A program made the position numbers and the translations under genes. The notes under the pieces were generated by a model that was not told the origin of the DNA, did no database searches, and saw nothing but the letters and a program-made list of their open reading frames with translations. A stretch of 64,000 bases of DNA. Source: Eledone cirrhosa (taxonomy: Eukaryota). Of this stretch, positions 35,501-53,500 are shown in pieces (within the stretch, counting starts at the first letter, position 1; each line of letters begins with the position of its first letter). The stretch is taken from assembly GCA_964016885.1 (NCBI GenBank), contig OZ024746.1, positions 102,114,001 to 102,178,000 on the forward strand, written 5' to 3'.

Positions 35501-38500
35501 TATACTAGAGGGACCACTGGAATATATACTAGAGGGACCTGTGGAATATATACGAGAGAGACCACTGCAATATAAACTAGAGGGATCTGTGGAATATATA
35601 CTAGAGGGAACTGCGAAATATATACTAGAGCAGGGACGACTGGAATATATACAACGGGGACCTCTGGAATATATACTAGAGGAGGGAACACTGGAATATA
35701 TACTAGAGGGACTAGAGGGACCTGTGGAATATATACTAAAGGGACTACTGGAATATATACTAGAGGGACCTGTGGAATATATACTAGAGGGACCACTGGA
35801 ATATATACTAGAGGGACCATCGGAATATATACTAAAGGGACCGCCGGAAAATATAATAGAGGGACCACTGAAATATATATTAGAGGGACCACAGGAATAT
35901 ATACTAGAGGGACCACAGGAATGTATATTAGAGGGATAGAGGGACCAGTGGAATATATACTAGAGGGACCAGTGGAATATATACTAGAGGGACTACTGGC
36001 ATATATACTAGAGGGACCTGTGGAATATATACTAGAGGGACCACTAGAATATACACTAGAGGGAGCTGTGGAATATACACTAGAGGGAGCTGTAGAATAT
36101 ACACTAGAGGGAGCTGTAGAATATAAACTAGAGGGACCGGTGGAATATATACTATAGGGACCAGTGGAATATATACTAGAGGGACCTGTGGAATATATAC
36201 TAGAGGGACCACTGGAATATATACTAGAGGGACTAGAGGGACCTGTGGAATATATACTAAAGGGACTACTGGAATATATACTAGAGGGACCTGTGGAATA
36301 TATACTAGAGGGACCACTGGAATATATACTAGAGGGACCATCGGAATATATACTAAAGGGACCGCCGGAAAATATAATAGAGGGACCACTGAAATATATA
36401 TTAGAGGGACCACAGGAATATATACTAGAGGGACCACAGTAATGTATATTAGAGGGATAGAGGGACCAGTGGAATATATACTAGAGGGACCAGTGGAATA
36501 TATACTAGAGGGACTACTGGCATATATACTAGAGGGACCTGTGGAATATATACTAGAGAGACCACTGCAATATAAACTAGAGGGAACTGTGGAATATTTA
36601 CTAGAGGGACCTGCGGAATATATACTAGAGGGACCTGGGGAATATATACTAGAGGGACCACTGGAATATATACTAGAGGGACCACTGGAATATATACTAG
36701 AGGAGGGAACACTGGAATATATACTAGAGGGACCTGTGGAATATATACTAAAGGGACTACTGGAATATATACTAGAGGGACCTGTGGAATATATACTAGA
36801 GGGACCACTGGAATATATACTAGAGGGACCATCGGAATATATACTAAAGGGACCGCCGGAAAATATAATAGAGGGACCACTGAAACATATATTAGAGGGA
36901 CCACAGGAATATATACTAGAGGGACCACAGGAATGTATATTAGAGGGATAGAGGGACCAGTGGAATATATACTAGAGGGACCAGTGGAATATATACTAGA
37001 GGGACTACTGGCATATATACTAGAGGGACCTGTGGAATATATACTAGAGGGACCACTAGAATATACACTAGACGGAGCTGTGGAATATACACTAGAGGGA
37101 GCTGTAGAATATAAACTAGAGGGACCGGTGGAATATATACTATAGGGACCAGTGGAATATATACTAGAGGGACCTGTGGAATATATACTAGAGGGACCAC
37201 TGGAATATATACTAGAGGGACCCGTGGAATATATACTAAAGGGACTACTGGAATATATACAAGAGGGACCTGTGGAATATATACTAGAGGGACCATCGGA
37301 ATATATACTAAAGGGACCACTGGAAAATATAATAGAGGGACCACTGAAATATATATTAGAGGGACCACAGGAATATATACTAGAGGGACCACAGGAATGT
37401 ATATTAGAGGGATAGAGGGACCAGTGGAATATATACTAGAGGGACCAGTGGAATATATACTAGAGGGACTACTGGCATATATACTACAGGGACCTGTGGA
37501 ATATATACTAGAGGGACCACTAGAATATACACTAGAGGGAGCTGTGGAATATACACTAGAGGGACCGGTGGAATATATATTAGAGGGATAGAGGGACCAC
37601 TGGAATATATACTAGTAGGACCTATGGAATATGTGGAATACATACTAGAGGGACCACTGGAATATATACTAGAGGGATCACTGGAATATATACTAGAGGG
37701 ACCTGTGGAATATATACTAGAGGGACCACTGAAATATATACTAGAGATACCTGTGGAATATATACTAGAGGGACCACTGGAATATATACTAGTGAGACCT
37801 GTGGAATACATACTAGAGGGACCACTGGAATATATACTAGAGGGACCACTGGAATATATACTAAAAAGGCTACTGGCATATATACTAGAGGGACCTGTGG
37901 AATATATACTAGAGGGAGCTGTGGAATATATACTAAGGGACCTGTGGAATATATACTAGAGGAACCACTGGATTATATACTAGAGTGACCTGTGGAATAT
38001 ATACTAGAGGGACCTGTGGAACATATACTCGACGAAGGAACCTCTGGAATATATACTCGAGGAGGGACCACTGGAATATATACTGAATAATAGAGGGGCC
38101 ACTCGAATATATACTAGAGAGACCTGTGGAACATATACTAGAAGGACCTGTGGAATATATACTAGAGGGACCTCTGGAATATATACTAGAGGGACCACTG
38201 GAATATATACTAGAGGGACCACTGGAATATATACTAGTGGGACCTATGGAATATATACTAGAGGGACCACTGGAATATATACTAGAGGGACCACTGAAAT
38301 ATATACTAGAGGGACCTGTGGAATATATACTAGAAGGACCAATGGAATATATACTAGAGGGACCTGTGGAATATATACTAGAGGTACCACTGGAATACAT
38401 ACCAGAGGGACTACTGGAATATGTACTAGAGGGACCACTGGAATATATACTAGAGGGACCACTGGAATATATACTAGAGGAACTACTGGAATATATACTA

Positions 38501-41500
38501 GAGGGACCACTGGCATATGTACTAGAGGGACCACTGGAATATATACTAGAGGAACCACTGGAGCATATACTAGATGGACGTGTGGAATATATACTAGAGG
38601 GACCTGTGGAATATATACTAGAGTGAGCTGTGGAATATATACTAGAGGGACCACTGGAATATATACTAAAGGGACCACTGGAATATATACTAGAGGGACA
38701 ACTGGAACATATGCTAGAGGGACCTGAGGAATATATACTAGAGGGACCACTGGAATATATACTAGAGGGACCTCTGGAATATATACTAGAGGGACCACTG
38801 GAATATATACTAGAGGGACCACAGGAATATATACTAGAGGGACCACTGGAATATATACTAGAGGGAGCACTGGAATATATACTAGAGGGACCTCTGGAAT
38901 ATATACTGGAGGGACCTGTGGAATACATACTAGAGGGACCACTGGAATATATACTAGAGGGACCTCTGGAATATATACTAGATGGACCACTGGAATATAT
39001 ACTAGAGGGACCTGTGGAATACACACTAGAAGGACCACTGGAATATATACTAGAGGGACCTGTGGAATATATACTAGAGGGACTACTGGAATATATACTA
39101 GAGGGACTACTGGAATATATACTAGAGGGACCTGTTGAATATATACTAGAGGGACCACTGGAATATATACCAGAGGGACCACAGGAATGTATATTAGAGG
39201 GATAGAGGGACCACTGGAATATATACTAGAGGGACCTCTGGAATATATACTAGAGGGACCACTGGAATATATACTAGAGGGACCACTGGAATATATACTA
39301 GAGGGACCTCTGGAATATATACTGGAGGGACCTGTGGAATACATACTAGAGGGACCACTGGAATATATTCTAGAGACACCACTGCAATATACACTAGAGG
39401 GAGCTGTGGAATATAAACTAGAAAGAGCAGTGCAATATATACAAGAGGGACCAGTGCAATACATACTAGAGGGACCACTGGAATATATACTAGAGATACC
39501 TGTGGAATATATACTAGAGGGAACTGTGGAATATATACTAGAGGGACCACCGGAACATATACTAGAGGGACCACCGGAATATATACTAGAGGGACCACAG
39601 TAATATATATTAGAGGGATAGAGGGACCACTGGAATATATACTAGAGGGACCTCTGGAATATATACTAGAGGGACCTCTGGAATATATACTAGAGGGACC
39701 ACTGGAATATATACTAGTAGGACCTATGGAATATATACTAGAGGGACCACTGGAATATATACTAGAGGGACCACTGGAATATATACTAGAGGGACCACTG
39801 AAATATATACTAGAGGGACCTGTGGAATATATACTAGAAGGACCAATGGAATATATACTAGAGGGACCTGTGGAATATATACTAGAGGTACCACTGGAAT
39901 ACATACCAGAGGGACTACTGGAATATGTACTAGATGGACCACTGGAATATATACTAGAGGAACCACTGGAGCATATACTAGAGGGACGTGTGGAATATAT
40001 ACTAGAGGGACGTGTGGAATATATACTAAAGGGACCTGTGGAATATATACTAGAGTGAGCTGTGGAATATATACTAGAGGGACCTGTGGAATATATACTA
40101 GAGGGACCTGTGGAATATATACTAGAGGGACCTGTGAAATATATAATAGAGGGACCTGTGGAATATATACTAGAGTGACTACTGTAATATATACTAGAGG
40201 GACTACTGTAATATATACTAGACGGACCACTGGAATATATACAAGAGGGACCACCGGAATATATACTAAAGGGACCACCGGAAATTATAATAGAGGGATA
40301 ACTGTAATAGATACTAGAGGGACCACTGGAATATATACTAGAGGGACCACTGGAATATATACTAGAGGGACCTCTGGAATATATACTAGAGGGACCTGTG
40401 GAATATATACTAGAGTGAGCTGTGGAATATATACTAGAGTGAGCTGTGGAATATATACTAGAGGGACCCCTGGAATATATACTAGAGGGACTACTGGAAT
40501 ATATACTAGAGGGACTACTGGAATATATACTAGAGCGACTACTGGAATATATACTAACGGACCACTGGAATATATACTAGAGGGACCACCGGAATATATA
40601 CTAGAGGGACCACCGGAAGATATACTAAAGGGACCACAGGAATGTATATTAGAGGGATAGAGGGACCACAGGAATGTATATTAGAGGGATAGAGGGACCA
40701 CTGGAATATATACTAGAGGGACCACTGGAATATATACTAGAGGGACCACTGGAATATATACTAGAGGGACCACTGGAATATATACTAGAGGGACCACTGG
40801 AATATATACTAGAGGGACCTCTGGAATATATACTAGAGTGACCACTGGAATATATACTAGAGGGACCACTGGAATATATACTAGAGGGACCACTGGAATA
40901 TATACTAGAGGGACCTCTGGAATATATACTGGAGGGATCTGTGGAATACATACTAGAGGCACAACTGCAATATACACTAAAGGGAGCTGTGGAATATAAA
41001 CTAGAGGGACCAGTGCAATATATACAAGTGGGACCAGTGCAATATATACTAGAGGGACCAGTGCAATAAATACTAGAGGGACCATTAGAATATATACTAG
41101 AGGGACCACTGGAATATATACTAGAGGGACCTCTGGAATATATACTAGAGGGACCTGTGGAATACATACTAGAGGGACCACTGGAATATATACTACACGG
41201 ACCTGTGGAATATATACTAGAGGGACCACTGGAATATATACTAGAGGGACCACTGGAATAGATACTAGAGGGACCACAGTAATGTATATTAGAGGGATAG
41301 AGGGACCACTGGAATATATACTAGAGGGACAACTGGAATATATACTAGAGGGACCTCTGGAATATATACTAGAGGGACCACTGGAATATATACTAGAGGG
41401 AGCTGTGGAATATATACTAGAGGGACCACTGGAATATATACTAGAGGGACTACTTGAATACATACTAGAGGGACTACTTGAATACATACTAGAGGGACCT

Positions 41501-44500
41501 CTGGAATATATACTAGAGGGACCACTGGAATATATACTAGAGGGACTACTGCGATATATACTAGAGGGACCTGTAGAATATATACTAGAGGGAGCTGTGG
41601 AATATATACTAGAGGGACCTGTGGAATATATACTAGAGGGACCACTGGAATATATACTAGACGGACTACTGGAATATATACTAGAGGGACTACTGGAATA
41701 TATACTAGAGGGACCACTGGAATATATACTAGAGGGACCACTGGAATATATACTAAAGGGACCACCAGAAATTATAATAGAGGGATAAATGTAATAGATA
41801 CTAGAGGGACCACTGGAATATATACTAGAGGGATCACTGGAATATATAGTAGAGGGACCACTGGAATATATACTAGAGGGACCACTGGAATATATACTAG
41901 AGGGACCACCGGAAAATATAATAGAGGGAACACTGGAATATATACTAAAGGGACCACCGGAAAATATAATAGAGGGAACACTGGAATATATACTAGAGGG
42001 ACCACAGGAATATATATTAGAGAGATAGAGGGACCACTGGAATCTATACTTGAATACATACTAGAGGGACCTCTGGAATATATACTAGAGGGACCACTGA
42101 AATATATACTAGAGGGACCTGTGGAATATATTCTAGAAGGACCAATGGAATATATACTAGAGGGACCTGTGGAATATATACCAGAGGTACCACTGGAATA
42201 CATACCAGAGGGACTACTGGAATATGTACTAGATGGACCACTGGAATATATACTATAGGAATCACTGGAGCATATACTAGAGGGACGTGTGGAATATATA
42301 CTAGAGGGACGTGTGGAATATATACTAAAGGGACCTGTGGAATATATACTAGAGTGAGCTGTGGAATATATACTAGAGGGACCTGTGGAATATATACTAG
42401 AGGGACTACTGTAATATATACTAGAGGGACCTGTGAAATATATAATAGAGGGACCTGTGGAATATATACTAGAGGGACTACTGTAATATATACTAGAGGG
42501 ACTACTGTAATATATACTAGACGGACCACTGGAATATATACAAGAGGGACCACCGGAATATATACTAAAGGGATCACCGGAAATTATAATAGAGGGATAA
42601 CTGTAATAGATACTAGAGGGACCACTGGAATATATACTAGAGGGACCACTGGAATATATACTAGAGGGACCTCTGGAATATATACTAGAGGGACCTGTGG
42701 AATATATACTAGAGTGAGCTGTGGAATATATACTAGAGTGAGCTGTGGAATATATACTAGAGGGACCCCTGGAATATATACTAGAGGGACTACTGGAATA
42801 TATATTAGAGGGACTACTGGAATATATACTAGAGCGACTACTGGAATATATACTAACGGACCACTGGAATATATACTAGAGGGACCACCGGAAGATATAC
42901 TAAAGGGACTACCCGACATTATAATAGAGGGACCACAGGAATGTATATTAGAGGGATAGAGGGACCACAGGAATGTATATTAGAGGGATAGAGGGACCAC
43001 TGGAATATATACTAGAGGGACCACTGGAATATATACTAGAGGGACCACTGGAATATATACTAGAGGGACCACTGGAATATATACTAGAGGGACCACTGGA
43101 ATATATACTAGAGGGACCTCTGGAATATATACTAGAGTGACCACTGGAATATATACTAGAGGGACCTCTGGAATATATACTGGAGGGATCTGTGGAATAC
43201 ATACTAGAGGCACAACTGCAATATACACTAGAGGGAGCTGTGGAATATAAACTAGAGGGACCAGTGCAATATATACAAGAGGGACCAGTGCAATATATAC
43301 TAGAGGGACCAGTGCAATAAATACTAGAGGGACCATTAGAATATATACTAGAGGGACCACTGGAATATATACTAGAGGGACCTCTGGAATATATACTAGA
43401 GGGACCTGTGGAATACATACTAGAGGGACCACTGGAATATATACTACACGGACCTGTGGAATATATACTAGAGGGACCACTGGAATATATACTAGAGGGA
43501 CCACTGGAATAGATACTAGAGGGACCACAGTAATGTATATTAGAGGGATAGAGGGACCACTGGAATATATACTAGAGGGACAACTGGAATATATACTAGA
43601 GGGACCTCTGGAATATATACTAGAGGGACCACTGGAATATATACTAGAGGGAGCTGTGGAATATATACTAGAGGGACCACTGGAATATATACTAGAGGGA
43701 CTACTTGAATACATACTAGAGGGACTACTTGAATACATACTAGAGGGACCTCTGGAATATATACTAGAGGGACCACTGGAATATATACTAGAGGGACTAC
43801 TGCGATATATACTAGAGGGACCTGTAGAATATATACTAGAGGGAGCTGTGGAATATATACTAGAGGGACCTGTGGAATATATACTAGAGGGACCACTGGA
43901 ATATATACTAGACGGACTACTGGAATATATACTAGAGGGACTACTGGAATATATACTAGAGGGACCACTGGAATATATACTAGAGGGACCACTGGAATAT
44001 ATACTAAAGGGACCACCAGAAATTATAATAGAGGGATAAATGTAATAGATACTAGAGGGACCACTGGAATATATACTAGAGGGACCACTGGAATATATAG
44101 TAGAGGGACCACTGGAATATATACTAGAGGGACCACCGGAATATATACTAGAGGGACCACCGGAAAATATAATAGAGGGAACACTGGAATATATACTAAA
44201 GGGACCACCGGAAAATATAATAGAGGGAACACTGGAATATATACTAGAGGGACCACAGGAATATATATTAGAGAGATAGAGGGACCACTGGAATCTATAC
44301 TTGAATACATACTAGAGGGACCTCTGGAATATATACTCGAGGGACCACTGGAATATATACTAGAGGGACCTGTGGAATATATACTAGAGGGACCTGTGCA
44401 ATATATACTAGAACGACCAATGGAATATATACTAGAGGGACCTGTGGAATATATACTAGAGGTACCACTGGAATACATACTAGAGGGACTACTGGAATAT

Positions 44501-47500
44501 GTACTAGAGGGACCACTGGCATATATACTAGAGGGACCACTGGAATATGTACTAGAGGGACCACTGGAATATATACTAGAGGAACCACTGGAGCATATAC
44601 TAGAGGGACGTGTGGAATATATACTAGAGGGACCTGTGGAATATATACTAGAGTGAGCCGTGGAATATATACTAGAGGGACCACTGGAATATATACTAGA
44701 GGGACATCTGGAATATATACTAGAGGGACTACTGCGATATATACTAGAGGGACCTGTAGAATATATATTAGAGGGAGCTGTGGAATATATACTAGAGGGA
44801 CAACTGGAACATATACTAGAGGGACCTGTGGAATATATACTAGAGGTACCACAGGAATATATACTAGAGGGACCACTGGAATATATACTAGAGGGACCTG
44901 TGGAATATATACTAGACGGACCTGTGGAATATATACTAGACGGACTACTGGAGTATATACTAGAGGGACTACTGGAATATATACTAGAGGGACCACTGGA
45001 ATATATACTAGATGGACCACTGGAATATATACTAAAGGGACCACCAGAAATTATAATAGAGGGATAACTGTAATAGATACTAGAGGGACCACTGGAATAT
45101 ATACTAGAGGGACCACTGGAATAAATACTAGAGGGACCACTGGAATATATACTAGAGGGACCACTGGAATATATACTAGAGGGACCACCGGAATATATAC
45201 TAGAGGGACCACCGGAATATATACTAAAGGACCACTGGAAAATATAATAGAGGGAACACTAGAATATATACTAGAGGGACCACAGGAATATATATTAGAG
45301 GGATAGAGGGACCACTGGAATCTATACTAGAGGGACCTCTGGAATATATACTCGAGGGACCACTGGAATATATACTAGAGGGACCTGTGGAATATATACT
45401 AGAAGGACCAATGGAATATATACTAGAGGGACCTGTGGAATATATACGAGAGGTACCACTGGAATATATACTAGAGGTACCACGGGAATATATACTAGAG
45501 GGACCACTGGAATATATACTAGAGGGACCACTGGAATACATACTAGAGGGACCACTGAAATATATACTAGAGGGACCTGTGGAATATATACTAGAAGGAC
45601 CACTGGAATATATACTAGAGGGACCTCTGGAATATATACTGGAGGGACCTGTGGAATACATACTAGAGGGACCACTGGAATATATTCTAGAGGCACCACT
45701 GCAATATACACAAGAGGGAGCTGTGGAATATAAACTAGAAAGACCAGTGCAATATATACAAGAGGGACCAGTGCAATATATACTAGAGATACCTGTGGAA
45801 TATATACTAGAGGGAACTGTGGAATATATACTAGAGGGACCACCGGAATATATACTAGAGGGACCACCGGAATATATACTAGAGGGACCACAGGAATATA
45901 TATTAGAGGGATAGAGGGACCACTGGAATATATACTAGAGGGACCTCTGGAATATATACTAGAGGGACCTCTGGAATATATACTAGAGGGACCACTGGAA
46001 TATATACTACACGGACCTGTGGAATATATACTAGAGGGACCACTGGAATATATACTAGAGGGACCACTGGAATAGATACTAGAGGGACCACAGTAATGTA
46101 TATTAGAGGGATAGAGGGACCACTGGAATATATACTAGAGGGACAACTGGAATATATACTAGAGGGACCTCTGGAATATATACTAGAGGGACCACTGGAA
46201 TATATACTAGAGGGAGCTGTGGAATATATACTAGAGGGACCACTGGATTATATACTAGAGGGACTACTTGAATACATACTAGAGGGACTACTTGAATACA
46301 TACTAGAGGGACCTCTGGAATATATACTAGAGGGACCACTGGAATATATACTAGAGGGACTACTGCGATATATACTAGAGGGACCTGTAGAATATATACT
46401 AGAGGGAGCTGTGGAATATATACTAGAGGGACCTGTGGAATATATACTAGAGGGACCACTGGAATATATACTAGACGGACTACTGGAATATATACTAGAG
46501 GGACCACTGGAATATATACTAGAGGGACCACTGGAATATATACTAAAGGGACCACCAGAAATTATAATACAGGGATAAATGTAATAGATACTAGAGGGAC
46601 CACTGGAATATATACTAGAGGGACCACTGGAATATATAGTAGAGGGACCACTGGAATATATACTAGAGGGACCACCGGAATATATACTAGAGGGACCACC
46701 GGAAAATATAATAGAGGGAACACTGGAATATATACTAAAGGGACCACCGGAAAATATAATAGAGGAAACACTGGAATATATACTAGAGGGACCACAGGAA
46801 TATATATTAGAGAGATAGAGGGACCACTGGAATCTATACTTGAATACATACTAGAGGGACCTCTGGAATATATACTCGAGCGACCACTGGAATATATACT
46901 AGAGGGACCTGTGGAATATATACTAGAAGGACCAATGGAATATATACTCGAGGGACCTGTGGAATATATACGAGAGGTACCACTGGAATATATACTAGAG
47001 GCACCACGGGAATATATACTAGAGGGACCACTGAAATATATACTAGAGGGACCACTGAAATATATACTAGAGGGACCTGTGCAATATATACTAGAACGAC
47101 CAATGGAATATATACTAGAGGGACCTGTGGAATATATACTAGAGGTACCACTGGAATACATACTAGAGGGACTACTGGAATATGTACTAGAGGGACCACT
47201 GGCATATATACTAGAGGGACCACTGGAATATGTACTAGAGGGACCACTGGAATATATACTAGAGGAACCACTGGAGCATATACTAGAGGGACGTGTGGAA
47301 TATATACTAGAGGGACCTGTGGAATATATACTAGAGGGACCACTGGAATATATACTAGAGGGACCACTGGAATATATACTAGAGGGACATCTGGAATATA
47401 TACTAGAGGGACTACTGCGATATATACTAGAGGGACCTGTAGAATATATATTAGAGGGAGCTGTGGAATATATACTAGAGGGACAACTGGAACATATACT

Positions 47501-50500
47501 AGAGGGACCTGTGGAATATATACTAGAGGTACCACAGGAATATATACTAGAGGGACCACTGGAATATATACTAGAGGGACCTGTGGAATATATACTAGAC
47601 GGATCTGTGGAATATATACTAGACGGACTACTGGAGTATATACTAGAGGGACTACTGGAATATATACTAGAAGGACCACTGGAATATATACTAGATGGAC
47701 CACTGGAATATATACTAAAGGGACCACCAGAAATTATAATAGAGGGATAACTGTAATAGATACTAGAGGGACCACTGGAATATATACTAGAGGGACCACT
47801 GGAATATATACTAGAGGGACCACTGGAATATATACTAGAGGGACCACTGGAATATATACTAGAGGGACCACCGGAATATATACTAGAGGGACCACTGGAA
47901 TATATACTAGAGGGACCACCGGAATATATACTAGAGGGACCACCGGAATATATACTAAAGGACCACTGGAAAATATAATAGAGGGAACACTAGAATATAT
48001 ACTAGAGGGACCACAGGAATATATATTAGAGGGATAGAGGGACCACTGGAATCTATACTAGAGGGACCTCTGGAATATATACTCGAGGGACCACTGGAAT
48101 ATATACTAGAGGGACCTGTGGAATATATACTAGAAGGACCGATGAAATATATACTCGAGGGACCTGTGGAATATATACGAGAGGTACCACTGGAATATAT
48201 ACTAGAGGGACTACTGGAATATGTACTAGAGGGACCACTGGCATATATACTAGAGGGACCACTGGAATATGTACTAGAGGGACCACTGGAATATATACTA
48301 GAGGAACCACTGGAGCATATACTAGAGGGACGTGTGGAATATATACTAGAGGGACCTGTGGAATATATACTAGAGTGAGCCGTGGAATATATACTAGAGG
48401 GACCACTGGAATATATACTAGAGGGACATCTGGAATATATACTAGAGGGACTACTGCGATATATACTAGAGGGACCTGTAGAATATATATTAGAGGGAGC
48501 TGTGGAATATATACTAGAGGGACAACTGGAACATATACTAGAGGGACCTGTGGAATATATACTAGAGGTACCACAGGAATATATACTAGAGGGACCACTG
48601 GAATATATACTAGAGGGACCTGTGGAATATATACTAGACGGACCTGTGGAATATATACTAGACGGACTACTGGAGTATATACTAGAGGGACTACTGGAAT
48701 ATATACTAGAGGGACCACTGGAATATATACTAGATGGACCACTGGAATATATACTAAAGGGACCACCAGAAATTATAATAGAGGGATAACTGTAATAGAT
48801 ACTAGAGGGACCACTGGAATATATACTAGAGGGACCACTGGAATAAATACTAGAGGGACCACTGGAATATATACTAGAGGGACCACTGGAATATATACTA
48901 GAGGGACCACCGGAATATATACTAGAGGGACCACCGGAATATATACTAAAGGACCACTGGAAAATATAATAGAGGGAACACTAGAATATATACTAGAGGG
49001 ACCACAGGAATATATATTAGAGGGATAGAGGGACCACTGGAATCTATACTAGAGGGACCTCTGGAATATATACTCGAGGGACCACTGGAATATATACTAG
49101 AGGGACCTGTGGAATATATACTAGAAGGACCAATGGAATATATACTAGAGGGACCTGTGGAATATATACGAGAGGTACCACTGGAATATATACTAGAGGT
49201 ACCACGGGAATATATACTAGAGGGACCACTGGAATATATACTAGAGGGACCACTGGAATACATACTAGAGGGACCACTGAAATATATACTAGAGGGACCT
49301 GTGGAATATATACTAGAAGGACCACTGGAATATATACTAGAGGGACCTCTGGAATATATACTGGAGGGACCTGTGGAATACATACTAGAGGGACCACTGG
49401 AATATATTCTAGAGGCACCACTGCAATATACACAAGAGGGAGCTGTGGAATATAAACTAGAAAGACCAGTGCAATATATACAAGAGGGACCAGTGCAATA
49501 TATACTAGAGATACCTGTGGAATATATACTAGAGGGAACTGTGGAATATATACTAGAGGGACCACCGGAATATATACTAGAGGGACCACCGGAATATATA
49601 CTAGAGGGACCACAGGAATATATATTAGAGGGATAGAGGGACCACTGGAATATATACTAGAGGGACCTCTGGAATATATACTAGAGGGACCTCTGGAATA
49701 TATACTAGAGGGACCACTGGAATATATACTACACGGACCTGTGGAATATATACTAGAGGGACCACTGGAATATATACTAGAGGGACCACTGGAATAGATA
49801 CTAGAGGGACCACAGTAATGTATATTAGAGGGATAGAGGGACCACTGGAATATATACTAGAGGGACAACTGGAATATATACTAGAGGGACCTCTGGAATA
49901 TATACTAGAGGGACCACTGGAATATATACTAGAGGGAGCTGTGGAATATATACTAGAGGGACCACTGGATTATATACTAGAGGGACTACTTGAATACATA
50001 CTAGAGGGACTACTTGAATACATACTAGAGGGACCTCTGGAATATATACTAGAGGGACCACTGGAATATATACTAGAGGGACTACTGCGATATATACTAG
50101 AGGGACCTGTAGAATATATACTAGAGGGAGCTGTGGAATATATACTAGAGGGACCTGTGGAATATATACTAGAGGGACCACTGGAATATATACTAGACGG
50201 ACTACTGGAATATATACTAGAGGGACCACTGGAATATATACTAGAGGGACCACTGGAATATATACTAAAGGGACCACCAGAAATTATAATACAGGGATAA
50301 ATGTAATAGATACTAGAGGGACCACTGGAATATATACTAGAGGGACCACTGGAATATATAGTAGAGGGACCACTGGAATATATACTAGAGGGACCACCGG
50401 AATATATACTAGAGGGACCACCGGAAAATATAATAGAGGGAACACTGGAATATATACTAAAGGGACCACCGGAAAATATAATAGAGGAAACACTGGAATA

Positions 50501-53500
50501 TATACTAGAGGGACCACAGGAATATATATTAGAGAGATAGAGGGACCACTGGAATCTATACTTGAATACATACTAGAGGGACCTCTGGAATATATACTCG
50601 AGCGACCACTGGAATATATACTAGAGGGACCTGTGGAATATATACTAGAAGGACCAATGGAATATATACTCGAGGGACCTGTGGAATATATACGAGAGGT
50701 ACCACTGGAATATATACTAGAGGCACCACGGGAATATATACTAGAGGGACCACTGAAATATATACTAGAGGGACCACTGAAATATATACTAGAGGGACCT
50801 GTGCAATATATACTAGAACGACCAATGGAATATATACTAGAGGGACCTGTGGAATATATACTAGAGGTACCACTGGAATACATACTAGAGGGACTACTGG
50901 AATATGTACTAGAGGGACCACTGGCATATATACTAGAGGGACCACTGGAATATGTACTAGAGGGACCACTGGAATATATACTAGAGGAACCACTGGAGCA
51001 TATACTAGAGGGACGTGTGGAATATATACTAGAGGGACCTGTGGAATATATACTAGAGGGACCACTGGAATATATACTAGAGGGACCACTGGAATATATA
51101 CTAGAGGGACATCTGGAATATATACTAGAGGGACTACTGCGATATATACTAGAGGGACCTGTAGAATATATATTAGAGGGAGCTGTGGAATATATACTAG
51201 AGGGACAACTGGAACATATACTAGAGGGACCTGTGGAATATATACTAGAGGTACCACAGGAATATATACTAGAGGGACCACTGGAATATATACTAGAGGG
51301 ACCTGTGGAATATATACTAGACGGATCTGTGGAATATATACTAGACGGACTACTGGAGTATATACTAGAGGGACTACTGGAATATATACTAGAGGGACCA
51401 CTGGAATATATACTAGATGGACCACTGGAATATATACTAAAGGGACCACCAGAAATTATAATAGAGGGATAACTGTAATAGATACTAGAGGGACCACTGG
51501 AATATATACTAGAGGGACCACTGGAATATATACTAGAGGGACCACTGGAATATATACTAGAGGGACCACTGGAATATATACTAGAGGGACCACCGGAATA
51601 TATACTAGAGGGACCACCGGAATATATACTAAAGGACCACTGGAAAATATAATAGAGGGAACACTAGAATATATACTAGAGGGACCACAGGAATATATAT
51701 TAGAGGGATAGAGGGACCACTGGAATCTATACTAGAGGGACCTCTGGAATATATACTCGAGGGACCACTGGAATATATACTAGAGGGACCTGTGGAATAT
51801 ATACTAGAAGGACCGATGAAATATATACTCGAGGGACCTGTGGAATATATACGAGAGGTACCACTGGAATATATACTAGAGGGACTACTGGAATATGTAC
51901 TAGAGGGACCACTGGCATATATACTAGAGGGACCACTGGAATATGTACTAGAGGGACCACTGGAATATATACTAGAGGAACCACTGGAGCATATACTAGA
52001 GGGACGTGTGGAATATATACTAGAGGGACCTGTGGAATATATACTAGAGTGAGCCGTGGAATATATACTAGAGGGACCACTGGAATATATACTAGAGGGA
52101 CATCTGGAATATATACTAGAGGGACTACTGCGATATATACTAGAGGGACCTGTAGAATATATATTAGAGGGAGCTGTGGAATATATACTAGAGGGACAAC
52201 TGGAACATATACTAGAGGGACCTGTGGAATATATACTGGAGGTACCACAGGAATATATACTAGAGGGACCACTGGAATATATACTAGAGGGACCTGTGGA
52301 ATATATACTAGACGGACCTGTGGAATATATACTAGACGGACTACTGGAGTATATACTAGAGGGACTACTGGAATATATACTAGAGGGACCACTGGAATAT
52401 ATACTAGATGGACCACTGGAATATATACTAAAGGGACCACCAGAAATTATAATAGAGGGATAACTGTAATAGATACTAGAGGGACCACTGGAATATATAC
52501 TAGAGGGACCACTGGAATATATACTAGAGGGACCACTGGAATATATACTAGAGGGACCACTGGAATATATACTAGAGGGACCACTGGAATATATACTAGA
52601 GGGACCACCGGAATATATACTAGAGGGACCACCGGAATATATACTAGAGGGACCACCGGAATATATACTAAAGGACCACTGGAAAATATAATAGAGGGAA
52701 CACTAGAATATATACTAGAGGGACCACAGGAATATATATTAGAGGGATAGAGGGACCACTGGAATCTATACTAGAGGGACCTCTGGAATATATACTCGAG
52801 GGACCACTGGAATATATACTAGAGGGACCTGTGGAATATATACTAGAAGGACCAATGGAATATATACTAGAGGGACCACTGGAATATATACTACACGGAC
52901 CTGTGGAATATATACTAGAGGGACCACTGGAATATATACTAGAGGGACCACTGGAATAGATACTAGAGGGACCACAGTAATGTATATTAGAGGGATAGAG
53001 GGACCACTGGAATATATACTAGAGGGACAACTGGAATATATACTAGAGGGACCTCTGGAATATATACTAGAGGGACCACTGGAATATATACTAGAGGGAG
53101 CTGTGGAATATATACTAGAGGGACCACTGGATTATATACTAGAGGGACTACTTGAATACATACTAGAGGGACTACTTGAATACATACTAGAGGGACCTCT
53201 GGAATATATACTAGAGGGACCACTGGAATATATACTAGAGGGACTACTGCGATATATACTAGAGGGACCTGTAGAATATATACTAGAGGGAGCTGTGGAA
53301 TATATACTAGAGGGACCTGTGGAATATATACTAGAGGGACCACTGGAATATATACTAGACGGACTACTGGAATATATACTAGAGGGACCACTGGAATATA
53401 TACTAGAGGGACCACTGGAATATATACTAAAGGGACCACCAGAAATTATAATAGAGGGATAAATGTAATAGATACTAGAGGGACCACTGGAATATATACT